Below, piece after piece: positions 54,584 to 64,000 of a DNA stretch of 64,000 nucleotides. The notes under the pieces are model-generated. The model worked only from the letters and a program-made list of their open reading frames with translations. It had not been told where the DNA came from and searched no databases. Source of the DNA: Minisyncoccota bacterium (GTDB lineage: Bacteria; Patescibacteriota; Minisyncoccia; Moranbacterales; GCA-2747515); NCBI GenBank assembly GCA_937936355.1, contig CALDDM010000020.1:7767-71766 (forward strand), written 5' to 3'. Position numbers and translations under genes: made by a program. Each line of letters begins with the position of its first letter. The stretch's first letter is position 1.

Positions 54584-55843
54584 ATGCTGATTTTCTCTAA
54601 ACCTTTCTCTGGATTCTTCCTTTTTGCTATTTTTTTTCTTTTTTCTCCTGTTGCACACGCACAAGATCTTTACAGATTCTATAGCCCTGTTTTTAAGGGT
54701 CACTTTTATACCGTCTCTGTTACTGAAAGGGATCGTCTTTTTTCTGATTCAGCGTGGCGTTATGAGGGAGTGGCTTATAGCGTCCAAAATCAAGAAGATA
54801 ATGTCCCCGTTTATCGTTTTTGGAGTCCGCAATATAAGCGTCATTTTTTTACATCAAGTATCTCTGAGCGAGATCGGGTTATTGCAGGGGATCCGAATTG
54901 GATATACGAAGGTCGTGCATTTGATGTTTCGTCTGAGGGGTTTCCTGTCTATCGCTTTTGGAGCTCTCAATTTCGTAGCCATTTTTATACGACGTCAGTG
55001 AGTGAGAGGAATTCTCTTATAGCTGGTGATATAAACTGGAGATACGAAGGAGTTGCGTGGCGCGTCTCTGAGCTCGCCGCGACTGATGTAGCTCTGGACT
55101 CTGTCTATGCAGGCGTTGATCGCCAATCTGTAATTTTTGAGCAAGTTGATTTATCTGATTATCCTACAGAGGATTTACTGCTAACCTTTTCTGTGGTTGA
55201 TGATGATCTTGAGGAGGGTGCATCTGTATTGGATCAGCAGGTGTGGGATTTGGTTCGCGGACTTGCACCTACACCAGAGATTGCTTCGCAGCTTGTTGAG
55301 TTTTCTGCTTACTATGAAGAAGGTGCGTATGCTGGGTATGTGCAGAGTCTTGGTGGAACTTTAGAACAATGGCGCATGCAGCTGAACTATAGTCTTTTGG
55401 AGGATATGAACCTCTTTGTGCAGACAGTTGTTCATGAATACGCACATATCATGGCTGTCCAGGACTCTCAGGTTACGACAATCATAGATGATCGTAATAT
55501 TGAGAATACGTGTGAGACGTATTATCAACCAGGCATTTGTTATAATAAGCAATCATATTTACAGGCATTTTACGAGTTTTGGCAGGCTGATGAGGCGTTA
55601 CTGAGCGATAATCGTGACTATGCTGCTCGTGTGGTGTATTATGATGACCATCGGGATATGTTTGTTAGTGAGTATGCGACGCGTAATCTCGAGGAGGATT
55701 TTGCTGAGACACTTGAGTATAGTGTTTTTGGGGACATTTCTGATTTGGGTGATCGCGCGCAGGAAAAAGTGCGGCGTGTGCTTGCTTTTCCCAAGCTTGC
55801 TCAATATAGGCGCGATGTGCGGCAATTAATAGCTTCGTGGTAG
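54584..55843 (+). CDS. secreted protein with four YRF..HFYT..W.YEG repeats (DUF5648-like) and an HExxH-containing C-domain
   Basis: Repeats YRFYSPVFKGHFYT / YRFWSPQYKRHFFT / YRFWSSQFRSHFYT. HEYAH motif. Confidence 0.55.
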   Translation: MLIFSKPFSGFFLFAIFFLFSPVAHAQDLYRFYSPVFKGHFYTVSVTERDRLFSDSAWRYEGVAYSVQNQEDNVPVYRFWSPQYKRHFFTSSISERDRVIAGDPNWIYEGRAFDVSSEGFPVYRFWSSQFRSHFYTTSVSERNSLIAGDINWRYEGVAWRVSELAATDVALDSVYAGVDRQSVIFEQVDLSDYPTEDLLLTFSVVDDDLEEGASVLDQQVWDLVRGLAPTPEIASQLVEFSAYYEEGAYAGYVQSLGGTLEQWRMQLNYSLLEDMNLFVQTVVHEYAHIMAVQDSQVTTIIDDRNIENTCETYYQPGICYNKQSYLQAFYEFWQADEALLSDNRDYAARVVYYDDHRDMFVSEYATRNLEEDFAETLEYSVFGDISDLGDRAQEKVRRVLAFPKLAQYRRDVRQLIASW

Positions 55844-56090
55844 TTTTGGTTATTTTATTGACTTTTTTTTCATTTTGGCGTATAGTTAGGTTTCGTTATT
55901 GATGAATCTTGGTAGAGGAGATTTTCCAGGTCCCAGAGAAGAAGTTACCTCGTTATTATTCATCTGTGATATTGCAGTTATTCGAGTGGTTATCACAAGG
56001 TATCGAGTGTAATTTTTTCTTTATGAGCTTTTACAGCTCTTCTCATCGTATGTGGTGAGTGTTGCTGTAGCTGTTCATCACAAGGTTTTT

Positions 56091-57557
56091 ATGGTTTATA
56101 GTCAATCGCGACCATCTGTTGGTCGCTCTTCACGGGCTGCGCATTCTGGCGGAAATCGTCGTTTCTCATCCCATTCTCGTCGTCGTTTCTCAGGTGGAGG
56201 CGGTCGAAAAAATAAGAAAGAAAATATCCACCCATCAAAATTTATCTGTGCTGCTAAGCCGGATATAAAAGAAGAGGTTTATGTTGCAAAGCATACTTTC
56301 TCCGATTTTGATATTTTACCTGTTCTTGAGCGAAATATTCGTGCAAAAAAATTTGTCACACCATCACCTATTCAAGATCAATCAATTCCTGTTGGCTTGC
56401 AAGGTAGGGATGTGATTGGTATTGCGAATACTGGCACTGGTAAGACGGTTGCTTTTGCGATACCTGCTTTAAATAAGTTGATGTTGAATCGTACGTCAAA
56501 GGTTTTGATTATGGCGCCAACTCGTGAGTTAGCAAGTCAGATTCTTGATGAGATCAAAACGCTTACACGTGGGACGAAATTGTACTGGGCACTTTTGATT
56601 GGTGGAAGTCCTATGCGTTTTCAGCTTAACGATTTGCGTCGTAGCCCTCGCATAGTTATAGGTACGCCAGGTCGTATTAAAGATCATATTGAAAGAGGGA
56701 GTTTGTCGCTGAGCCAATTTGATACTGTTGTCCTCGATGAGGTTGATCGTATGCTTGACATGGGCTTTGTGAATGATATGCGTACTATTCTGGGTAAACT
56801 TCCAGATAAGCGACAATCTTTTTTCTATAGTGCAACGATGGTTGGTGATGTTTCACGTCTCATCGGAGAGTTTGCGCTGGATCCTGTAACTGTTTCTGTT
56901 AAGACTGGAGATACTAGCGATCGTGTAGATCAAAATATTGTTACATATTCTACGCCCGAAGAGCGTAAATCAAAACTTGTTGATCTTCTGCAGCATGATA
57001 CGTCACATAAGTTTATTATTTTTGACGAAACAAAGCGTGGCGTTGATCGTTTGAGTCGTACTTTGCGTGCTGAGGGGATACACAATGAAGCAATTCATGG
57101 TGATAAAACGCAAGGTCAGCGGCAGCGAGCTCTCGATCACTTTAAGCGTGGCAAGTCTCGCGTTTTGATTGCGACGGATGTCGCTGCGCGCGGTATTGAT
57201 GTTCCTGATGTGACACATGTTATTAATTATGCAACACCGCAGAGCTACGCTGACTATGTTCATCGTATTGGTCGTGCTGGTCGTGCTGGTCGGACAGGTT
57301 TTGCATTGACCTTCATTGAAGAGAGTGCGATGCATGCGTCAGCACGATCGGTTAGTTCTAGTTCATCTCGACAGCGAGCACATGTGCGACCTGCTCGGTC
57401 GAAATCACGCACACACCAAGCTCCTCGCTCACGGTCAGCCTCTCCTCATAATAGGAAATCTTCTGGCAGATCTCGCACACAACAGGCACATAATTCGCCC
57501 CAGTATTCAGGCTCTTCTCGTTTGTCACCTGCTACTACTGAATGGCAATCGCACTAG
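56091..57557 (+). CDS. DEAD-box RNA helicase with Arg/Ser-rich termini
   Basis: Q motif F..L, AxTGTGKT, DEVD, SAT, HGD, HRIGRAGRAG. Confidence 0.95.
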   Translation: MVYSQSRPSVGRSSRAAHSGGNRRFSSHSRRRFSGGGGRKNKKENIHPSKFICAAKPDIKEEVYVAKHTFSDFDILPVLERNIRAKKFVTPSPIQDQSIPVGLQGRDVIGIANTGTGKTVAFAIPALNKLMLNRTSKVLIMAPTRELASQILDEIKTLTRGTKLYWALLIGGSPMRFQLNDLRRSPRIVIGTPGRIKDHIERGSLSLSQFDTVVLDEVDRMLDMGFVNDMRTILGKLPDKRQSFFYSATMVGDVSRLIGEFALDPVTVSVKTGDTSDRVDQNIVTYSTPEERKSKLVDLLQHDTSHKFIIFDETKRGVDRLSRTLRAEGIHNEAIHGDKTQGQRQRALDHFKRGKSRVLIATDVAARGIDVPDVTHVINYATPQSYADYVHRIGRAGRAGRTGFALTFIEESAMHASARSVSSSSSRQRAHVRPARSKSRTHQAPRSRSASPHNRKSSGRSRTQQAHNSPQYSGSSRLSPATTEWQSH

Positions 57558-57581
57558 TGGAAAAGATTTTTTGATCTATCA

Positions 57582-57604
57582 AGCCACCCTTTGGGTGGCT
57601 TTTT
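57582..57604 (+). terminator. rho-independent terminator
   Basis: AGCCACCC-TT-TGGGTGGCTTTTT. Confidence 0.8.
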
Positions 57605-57662
57605 GTCATCTCACTATATGGCTTATCTTTTTTTTCCTTATAAATTACTGTATTATGCGTGT

Positions 57663-58721
57663 ATGTATAAATTTCTCTTTTTTGGTCTCGTCTCTTTTTT
57701 AGCTCTTTTTACTGGGTTTTTCTTCTTACGGTCGTCTTATTTTGGTGGTTTGACTCAAGATTCTGTTCAGTCAGCTACTAAAAAAACGGCTCAAGACGTC
57801 CCTGTGTGGGAGCGCAAACGTCTTGATGCTGCACCTCTTCGTGTTGGTCTTATCACAGATACGCATGTTGATTCTGTTCGTCCGCCGTCACGTATTTTGG
57901 AAGAGCGCACAATCCCTGTGAAGTATACCCGGCCAGTGGCAAATTTTGTCGCACAGATGGAAATGTTTAATCCATCTTTTGTTGTTCATTTGGGTGATGT
58001 GATTGAAGGGACGGGTGTTGATCTCGATGTTGGTAAGTTTGAGCTTCAAAAAACGCGTGAAGGATTTAGTTCTCTCACTGTCCCAATGTATTGGGTTATA
58101 GGAAATCATGATTTACGATCTGTTGCGCGTAAGCATTTTCATCAAGAGTTGGGTATAGATTATAGCAATCACTACTTCGATGAAGGCGCGTATCGGTTTG
58201 TTATTGTTGATACAAATTATCGCACTGATGGCGTTCCTAATCACCCTCATTCAGGTGATCCTGTTTCTGGTTTTGTGCCACGTGAGACATTGCACTGGCT
58301 TGAGAATGTGCTTGCGACAGATCGTCATGTCTATGTATTCTTGCACCACAGTGTGGTTCCGCGAGAGCTTACCAATAAAAAACAGATCGGTAATGATGAG
58401 GAGGTGCGTCATCTTTTCGCCCGGTATAATGTCGCAGCTGTTTTTAGTGGACATATTGAAAAGCGTTTTCAGGGTGATTTTGATGGAGTGCGTTATTATA
58501 CATTACCTGGTATTCTTAAGAATCCACTCTATCCTGGTGCCTTTTATGCCCTCGACCTTCTTGGAAAATCATCTGATCTTACGATGTTTTATACTGGAAT
58601 GAACGAAACGATAGTGCAGGAACCTTTTTATGTTGATGGCAAGATGATTGATCAGATCTTGCAAGAAAAAAATGCTCAAGAGGTGAGGGAGTTGGAGTCA
58701 GAAGATTCGTTAGAGAAATAG
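57663..58721 (+). CDS. calcineurin-like metallophosphoesterase, membrane-anchored
   Basis: DTHVD, GDVIEG, GNHD, LHH, GH motifs. The track start 57591 lies inside the preceding terminator, so ATG 57663 is preferred. Confidence 0.8.
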   Translation: MYKFLFFGLVSFLALFTGFFFLRSSYFGGLTQDSVQSATKKTAQDVPVWERKRLDAAPLRVGLITDTHVDSVRPPSRILEERTIPVKYTRPVANFVAQMEMFNPSFVVHLGDVIEGTGVDLDVGKFELQKTREGFSSLTVPMYWVIGNHDLRSVARKHFHQELGIDYSNHYFDEGAYRFVIVDTNYRTDGVPNHPHSGDPVSGFVPRETLHWLENVLATDRHVYVFLHHSVVPRELTNKKQIGNDEEVRHLFARYNVAAVFSGHIEKRFQGDFDGVRYYTLPGILKNPLYPGAFYALDLLGKSSDLTMFYTGMNETIVQEPFYVDGKMIDQILQEKNAQEVRELESEDSLEK

Positions 58722-58753
58722 ATGTGTAGCTAACTATTTTGAGTCTGTATGTT

Positions 58754-60151
58754 ATGAAAGAATATGATGTTATTGTTGTTGGCGGCGGCGGTGGTACAAA
58801 GTTTGTGCGACCTGCTGTTGCAATGGGATTGAGCGTTGCAATTGTAGAGAAAGAGGATTTGGGTGGAACATGTCTCAATCGTGGATGTATCCCCTCTAAG
58901 ATGTTGATTCATCCAGCGAATATGCTGGAATCTGCCAAGAATCTACAAAAATATGGAATCTCTGGCGGTAAGGATTTTGCCGTCGATTTTTCGGGTCTTG
59001 TTGAACGTGTCAGTCAGACTGTGGATTCCGATAGTGCTGGCATTGCAGAGAGTTATAGTGGGTCAGATGTGATTGATTATTATCATGATCATGCGCGCTT
59101 TGTTTCTGACAAGGTTTTAGAGGTTGGGGGTGAGCAAATTACTGGACAGGCCATTTTTATAGCGACGGGTTCACGCCCTCTGATCCCCGATATTCCAGGA
59201 ATTGTTGGGCACGCTCCTGGAGATTCTGCAATGCCGTATATGACGAGTCGCGAGGCTTTGCGTCACACTTCTTTGCCAGAGAAGCTTCTTGTGATCGGGG
59301 GTGGGTATATCGGGTGTGAATTGGGGCATGTTTACCACACCTTTGGTGCGCAAACGAGATTCTTTGTTCGCAGCAAGTATGTGCAATCTGAAGATGAGAC
59401 GCTGCAGAATATTTTTCAAGAACGTTTTTGCACTCAGCATCAAACACACTTCGGCACTAAGGACCTTGCTGTAGATTATGCAGGTGATAAATTTACACTT
59501 TCTGGTGTTGGTCCTTCTGGTCAGAAAATTCAAGAAGCGGGAGATGCACTTCTTGTTGCGACGGGAGTTATTCCAAATACTGATGACCTAGGCCTTGAAC
59601 ATACGAGTATTACTGTAGATGATCGTGGTTATATCCATGTAAACGAATATCTTGAAACTGCGGTGGAGGGTGTTTTTGCTTTGGGCGATTGTATTGGGAA
59701 GTACCTTTTTCGTCACAGTGTGAATTTTGAAGCAGAATATCTGGTTGAAAGTTTGTTTGAAAATCCTGATGATATTCAGCCAATTAGCTATCCGCCAATG
59801 CCACATGCAATGTTTACCTCTCCTGAAATGGCTGGCGTTGGTCTGACAGAACAAGATGCGCGTGAGCGAGGTGTTGAGTATGTTGTTGCTACGCATGAAT
59901 ATGAGAAATCTGCTCAGGGCATGGCACGCTTACCGGAGTCAGGCATAGTTAAGCTTATTTTTGATAGGGAGAGTCGCCAGCTTATTGGCGCACATATTTT
60001 GGGTGAGGAGTCTGCAACGATGCTTCATCAGCTTATTCAGGCAATGACCCTGCAGGCGACTGTTGATGATTTGCTCAAGATGATCTATATTCATCCTGCG
60101 CTACCAGAGATCGTTCGCAATGCAGCCCGTACAGCCAAAGAGCAGTGGTAA
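58754..60151 (+). CDS. class I pyridine nucleotide-disulfide oxidoreductase (dihydrolipoyl dehydrogenase / mycothione reductase-like)
   Basis: GGGGGT FAD motif, redox-active GGTCLNRGCIPSK, NAD GGGYIG, C-terminal HPALPE. Confidence 0.85.
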   Translation: MKEYDVIVVGGGGGTKFVRPAVAMGLSVAIVEKEDLGGTCLNRGCIPSKMLIHPANMLESAKNLQKYGISGGKDFAVDFSGLVERVSQTVDSDSAGIAESYSGSDVIDYYHDHARFVSDKVLEVGGEQITGQAIFIATGSRPLIPDIPGIVGHAPGDSAMPYMTSREALRHTSLPEKLLVIGGGYIGCELGHVYHTFGAQTRFFVRSKYVQSEDETLQNIFQERFCTQHQTHFGTKDLAVDYAGDKFTLSGVGPSGQKIQEAGDALLVATGVIPNTDDLGLEHTSITVDDRGYIHVNEYLETAVEGVFALGDCIGKYLFRHSVNFEAEYLVESLFENPDDIQPISYPPMPHAMFTSPEMAGVGLTEQDARERGVEYVVATHEYEKSAQGMARLPESGIVKLIFDRESRQLIGAHILGEESATMLHQLIQAMTLQATVDDLLKMIYIHPALPEIVRNAARTAKEQW

Positions 60152-60236
60152 CCGGTTGTCATGTCACTAACATTTATTATCGACATACTATTGACAATAT
60201 AGCAAATATCTGATAATATATTTAGTTATATATTAG

Positions 60237-60503
60237 ATGATGTTTATGCAACAGGAAATAAAGGTGATTTCATGGGATTTACTCTCTTTTGTCGTGCGTC
60301 GTGTCGCATATGCGCTCTATGCATTTGCCATAGCGGTTTTGGTGCTTATGGTCCTTCTAAGTTTTAAGGGTGTTATGCCTCTGACTTTTGGTGCGATGTA
60401 TGCAAATTATGCTATTGGTATTGTGATGCTTTTTGCTGGCTACCGCCTCGCAATTTTTCATCGCGATTTCTTTGGTGATGTGATGGCAAGGTTTGATGTA
60501 TAG
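60237..60503 (+). CDS. small membrane protein
   Basis: 88 aa with two or three TM helices. Confidence 0.45.
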   Translation: MMFMQQEIKVISWDLLSFVVRRVAYALYAFAIAVLVLMVLLSFKGVMPLTFGAMYANYAIGIVMLFAGYRLAIFHRDFFGDVMARFDV

Positions 60504-60599
60504 CTTGCTTTATTTTTGTGGGAGGGGATGGTTACTTTGTGACTACCCCTCTTTTTTTTGGTGGGGTATAATAATCACATATTAATTATTTGTGATTTT

Positions 60600-61166
60600 A
60601 TGGATTTGATACAGTTTTCCACGATCGTGACTGTGTGCGTGATGACTCTTTTTGGATTTTTGTTCCTTGGATTATTGGGATATGTTTTTTTGCCCAGAGT
60701 GCGGGGATGTATAGCGCGCAATACATCGCACTTTTATCTCATGTTGTCTGGACTCATTGCAGCAGTCTCTACAATCTTGGTCTTGGTGTATCAATTTATT
60801 TATCACTTAGATGTTTGTGTTTTGTGTTGGTGGCAGAGAATTTTCATGTTTCCAATTGAGGCTGTTGTCTTTGTTGCGTTGTGGTACCAGCAGCGTTATG
60901 CGCATGTAACAGTTGCTGTGCTTGCTTTCGTTGGAAGTCTCTTTGCGCTGTATCATTATTGGAATCACTTCCAAAATCTCGTCCTTGGCAAGGAGGTTGT
61001 ATTGCCGTGTGGTGAGATTGGCCTTGTTCCCTCATGTAGCGAATTTTCATTTACAATATTTGGTTTTATGACAATTCCTGGTATGGCACTTCTTGCATTC
61101 ATCTCAATTCTGATTTTGTGCTTCTTTGCACACGTGCAGCAGAAAACAGAGACTTCTGCAAAGTAA
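60600..61166 (+). CDS. disulfide bond formation protein (DsbB/BdbC-like)
   Basis: 4 TM, with CVLCWWQR and a second Cys pair CGEIGLVPSC. Confidence 0.65.
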   Translation: MDLIQFSTIVTVCVMTLFGFLFLGLLGYVFLPRVRGCIARNTSHFYLMLSGLIAAVSTILVLVYQFIYHLDVCVLCWWQRIFMFPIEAVVFVALWYQQRYAHVTVAVLAFVGSLFALYHYWNHFQNLVLGKEVVLPCGEIGLVPSCSEFSFTIFGFMTIPGMALLAFISILILCFFAHVQQKTETSAK

Positions 61167-61204
61167 AATTGTCGTTTAATCTGATTTCAAATAATACAGC
61201 CTTT

Positions 61205-62551
61205 ATGTCACAAGGCCCTCCTGCATCCGCAAAATTTGATCCATCCCGCACGCATCGTGGAGCTCTCTTTCGTCGCAAGATGCGTCGCTATCGTGGCAAA
61301 ATATTTTTGTTTGCTGCTCTTTTTCTTGGGGGAGTTGCATTTTTTGCTCGCAGTTCCGATGAGGTTATCGTTGCACAAGTCCGTGCTCGCGAAGAAGTTA
61401 TTGTCCAGGAAGAACCGACTGGTGGCGCTCCTGTGGACGTAGGCCTTGCTCAAACTGATGATAGCACAGTTCGTTATCAGGTCTCTGAAGGAGATATTCC
61501 TGCTGATATTTTTCTTGAGTATGGTGGTTACGATGCAAACGACGTGGCTGCACTTCTTGCGTCTGCCTCAGATATCTATGATTTTACTCGTATGCGAGTG
61601 GGAAAAGAGGTGGTATTTTCTTTCGACGGGGAAGATTCGCGTGCTCGAGAAGTGCGCTACGAGCCAGATGGTTCACGTATGATCGTCGCTGTGCGTGATA
61701 ATGATGATTTTTTGGTCACTGAGCAGAGCATTGAATATGAGATTGTGCCAGAGGTTGCTGAGGTGACGATTGAAAATTCGTTGTACCAAGACGCTCTTCG
61801 TGACGGCCTCTCTGAAGCAACGATTATTGGTGTTGGGGAAGTTTTCTCATATTCACTTGATTTTGCGAGTGAAGTCAGAAAAGGCGATACACTGAAGGTT
61901 CTTTATGAGAAACGTTTACGCGATGGCGTGCCAACTAAGGATGGCAAGGTGCTTGCTGCAGTTTTCACGGCAAGTGGTGAAAAGAATTTTGCATATTATT
62001 TTGAAACAAGTGATCGTGATTCTGATGTGGTAGATTTTGGGTATTATGATGATGAGGCCCGCGTTTTGGAGCGACAGTTTCTCAAGGCTCCAATGGACTT
62101 TTTTCGCATCACTTCAGGATATACAGGAAAGCGATTCCATCCTATCCTTAAGAAGAATACTGCACATTATCAGATAGACTACGCCGCACCCTCAGGAACG
62201 CCAACCTATTCAACTGCGCATGGCACTGTGGTGAGTGCGCGTTTTGAGAAAGGGTGGGGGAATATTGTACGTATCAAGCATAGCGGTGGATATACGACGC
62301 ATTATGCACATTTGAGCGCTTTTGCCAGGGGTATGGTGCCTGGTAAGAGAGTGGAACAGGGTCAGACTATAGGTTTTGTTGGTTCAACTGGATGGTCGAC
62401 TGGTCCACACCTCGATTATGGTATGCGTCTTAATGGAAATCCGGTTAATCCACTTACACTGGATTTGCCAAAAGGTGCTCCTATTGCAGACTCACAAAGA
62501 AAGTCTTTTGATGATCAAAAATCTCAGTATGATTCGTTACTCGGTCTATAA
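61205..62551 (+). CDS. M23-family (LytM) peptidoglycan metalloendopeptidase
   Basis: HYQIDYAAPSGTP, HSGGYTTHYAHLS, GSTGWSTGPHLDY. ATG 61205 is preferred to the track start 61118, which overlaps the previous gene. Confidence 0.9.
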   Translation: MSQGPPASAKFDPSRTHRGALFRRKMRRYRGKIFLFAALFLGGVAFFARSSDEVIVAQVRAREEVIVQEEPTGGAPVDVGLAQTDDSTVRYQVSEGDIPADIFLEYGGYDANDVAALLASASDIYDFTRMRVGKEVVFSFDGEDSRAREVRYEPDGSRMIVAVRDNDDFLVTEQSIEYEIVPEVAEVTIENSLYQDALRDGLSEATIIGVGEVFSYSLDFASEVRKGDTLKVLYEKRLRDGVPTKDGKVLAAVFTASGEKNFAYYFETSDRDSDVVDFGYYDDEARVLERQFLKAPMDFFRITSGYTGKRFHPILKKNTAHYQIDYAAPSGTPTYSTAHGTVVSARFEKGWGNIVRIKHSGGYTTHYAHLSAFARGMVPGKRVEQGQTIGFVGSTGWSTGPHLDYGMRLNGNPVNPLTLDLPKGAPIADSQRKSFDDQKSQYDSLLGL

Positions 62552-62568
62552 TTTTTTGTAATATATAC

Positions 62569-63147
62569 ATGATGCAATTTTTTAAAAAATATTTAAGTAT
62601 TATTTCGTATTATGTGCTCCCACTTCTTTTGATCGGATTAAGCTTCATTTTCTCTGAGAGAGGGATTGCTGCTGAGAATGATTTTTATGGCACGTTAGGC
62701 TCTTTTTCAATGCTTTTGATTGTTGTGATAGTTTTTGCGAAGCCGCTTTCGCAAATTTTTTCCTGGAAAATTTTTAAATACATTGTGGCTTTTCGTCGCC
62801 AGCTAGGTGTTGCGAGTTTTTGGCTTGCTCTTTTTCATGGCGTTCTTTATATTCGATTGTATGACCTCTTTGGCATAGAGTCCTTTGTTGGATCGAATAA
62901 CACTCTCTATCTTTTGGGTCTGGTGGGTTTGGTGGGTATCGCTTTGCTTGGTATTACGTCTAATAATATTTCAGTTAAACTGCTAGGAAAAAAATGGAAA
63001 ACATTACACAGGATTGTTTATGTGCTCTTTTTTGTAATTCTTGCTCATTATGTAGTTGCTGAGGGTTCTGTTTTTCCTGCTGTTTTTGTAGGTTTTCTTT
63101 TTGTAGCTTTGAAGTTTGTGGCTTGGCGTGGCGTGCGCTTATGGTAG
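62569..63147 (+). CDS. ferric-reductase-like / MsrQ-like transmembrane protein
   Basis: 192 aa, 5-6 TM, conserved His in FWLALFHG and ILAHY. Confidence 0.5.
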   Translation: MMQFFKKYLSIISYYVLPLLLIGLSFIFSERGIAAENDFYGTLGSFSMLLIVVIVFAKPLSQIFSWKIFKYIVAFRRQLGVASFWLALFHGVLYIRLYDLFGIESFVGSNNTLYLLGLVGLVGIALLGITSNNISVKLLGKKWKTLHRIVYVLFFVILAHYVVAEGSVFPAVFVGFLFVALKFVAWRGVRLW

Positions 63148-63304
63148 GTTTTTATAGGTACTTTTGACGTCTTGCGTATAATTGCATTTTGTGTTTTTTT
63201 GCTTGTTATTTTGACAAGCCTTTTTTTATCTGAAATAATAGCTAGTTATTTTTTAATATATGAACTTTCTTAGCTTATCCTCATTGTATGGAATAAGAGT
63301 AAGA

Positions 63305-64000
63305 ATGTTTAAGAAATGTGCTATGCGTTATATTGCTGCAAGACTGAATGCTTTCCTTGCTTCGTTTGTGGGGATTTTCTTGTTTGGTTTTATTTCTTTG
63401 TTTGGTTTTTTTGTTGGCACGCAACAGTTGCATGCTGCGGATGTCTTGGTTGATGGGTTTGATGTTGAGTATGTTGCAGGTGGCCTTAACCGTCCGACTG
63501 CAATGTCTTTTGCGCCTGATGGGCGAATTTTTGTAGCTGAAAAGTCTGGTAGTGTTCGTATTTTTTCTTCAGATCTTACGCTTCAAGGAGATCCATTTAT
63601 TACACTGACTGATGTTAATGATTTTGGTGACCGTGGCTTGATAGGTATAGCGCTTGATCCTGATTTTGCATCAAATCGATATGTGTACCTTGCGTATACA
63701 CATGAAAATGATCCTAGTGACTATGAAGGAAAAAAGACCGCACGTGTTGTGCGCTTTACAGAGTCTGGAGGGCAAGCGGTTCCTGGTAGTGCTTCAGTTA
63801 TTATCGGTTCAATTTCTGGTACTCCAATCCTGCCTTCTTGCGCAGACTATCCGTCTGGCAGTGACTGTGTTGCATCTGACTCCTCAAGTCATACGATTGG
63901 TGGCTTACGTTTTGGGCCAGATGGAAAGCTCTATATCTCGACAGGGGATGGCGCTCGCTTTGATATAAGTGATCCTCATGCATTTCGTGCACAAGACCTT
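63305..64000 (+). CDS. PQQ-dependent sugar dehydrogenase-like beta-propeller (5' part; runs off the window)
   Basis: Own translation MFKKCAMRY..GLNRPTAMSFAPDGRIFVAEKSGSVRIF..GLIGIALDPDF..HTIGGLRFGPDGKLYISTGDG. Not in the track because there is no stop. Confidence 0.8.
   Translation, partial: MFKKCAMRYIAARLNAFLASFVGIFLFGFISLFGFFVGTQQLHAADVLVDGFDVEYVAGGLNRPTAMSFAPDGRIFVAEKSGSVRIFSSDLTLQGDPFITLTDVNDFGDRGLIGIALDPDFASNRYVYLAYTHENDPSDYEGKKTARVVRFTESGGQAVPGSASVIIGSISGTPILPSCADYPSGSDCVASDSSSHTIGGLRFGPDGKLYISTGDGARFDISDPHAFRAQDL

Noticed and set aside
57591-57662. The track start of the metallophosphoesterase ORF.
   Set aside because: It begins inside the terminator hairpin of the DEAD-box gene. ATG 57663 gives a plausible signal/anchor sequence.

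Overview
This looks like an AT-rich, compact bacterial genome. My guess, from gene content only, is a Patescibacteria/CPR-like organism. Core blocks are a partial GH6 gene with a TrmB regulator, dnaG-rpoD, three tRNAs (Gly, Pro, Asn), and from about 40.9 kb a run of housekeeping genes (UDG, zur-znuACB-COG0523, SulP, csp, DEAD-box helicase, DsbB-like, M23 peptidase and others). Between tRNA-Asn (about 10.12 kb) and about 40.86 kb lies a roughly 30 kb accessory region. It holds two paralogous large serine recombinase (LSR) elements, nuclease/HEPN/alarmone-hydrolase cargo, and a MerR-controlled heavy-metal RND cassette. The most unusual signal is a recurrent recombination-site-like repeat. Its core resembles a tRNA T-loop (GGTTCSAAC). 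The core is followed by an arm of about 25 nt, called M1 here; the inverted form is called M2. Far-apart M1/M2 pairs bracket the two recombinase elements. M1 and M2 also occur together as roughly 90 bp units (M1, terminator-like hairpin, M2) that split the accessory DNA into cassette-like blocks of 1 to 6 genes. More degraded copies sit next to tRNA-Gly at 2.9-5.5 kb. Everything was read by eye with no searches run. Coordinates near 10.1-10.2 kb may be off by 1 nt.
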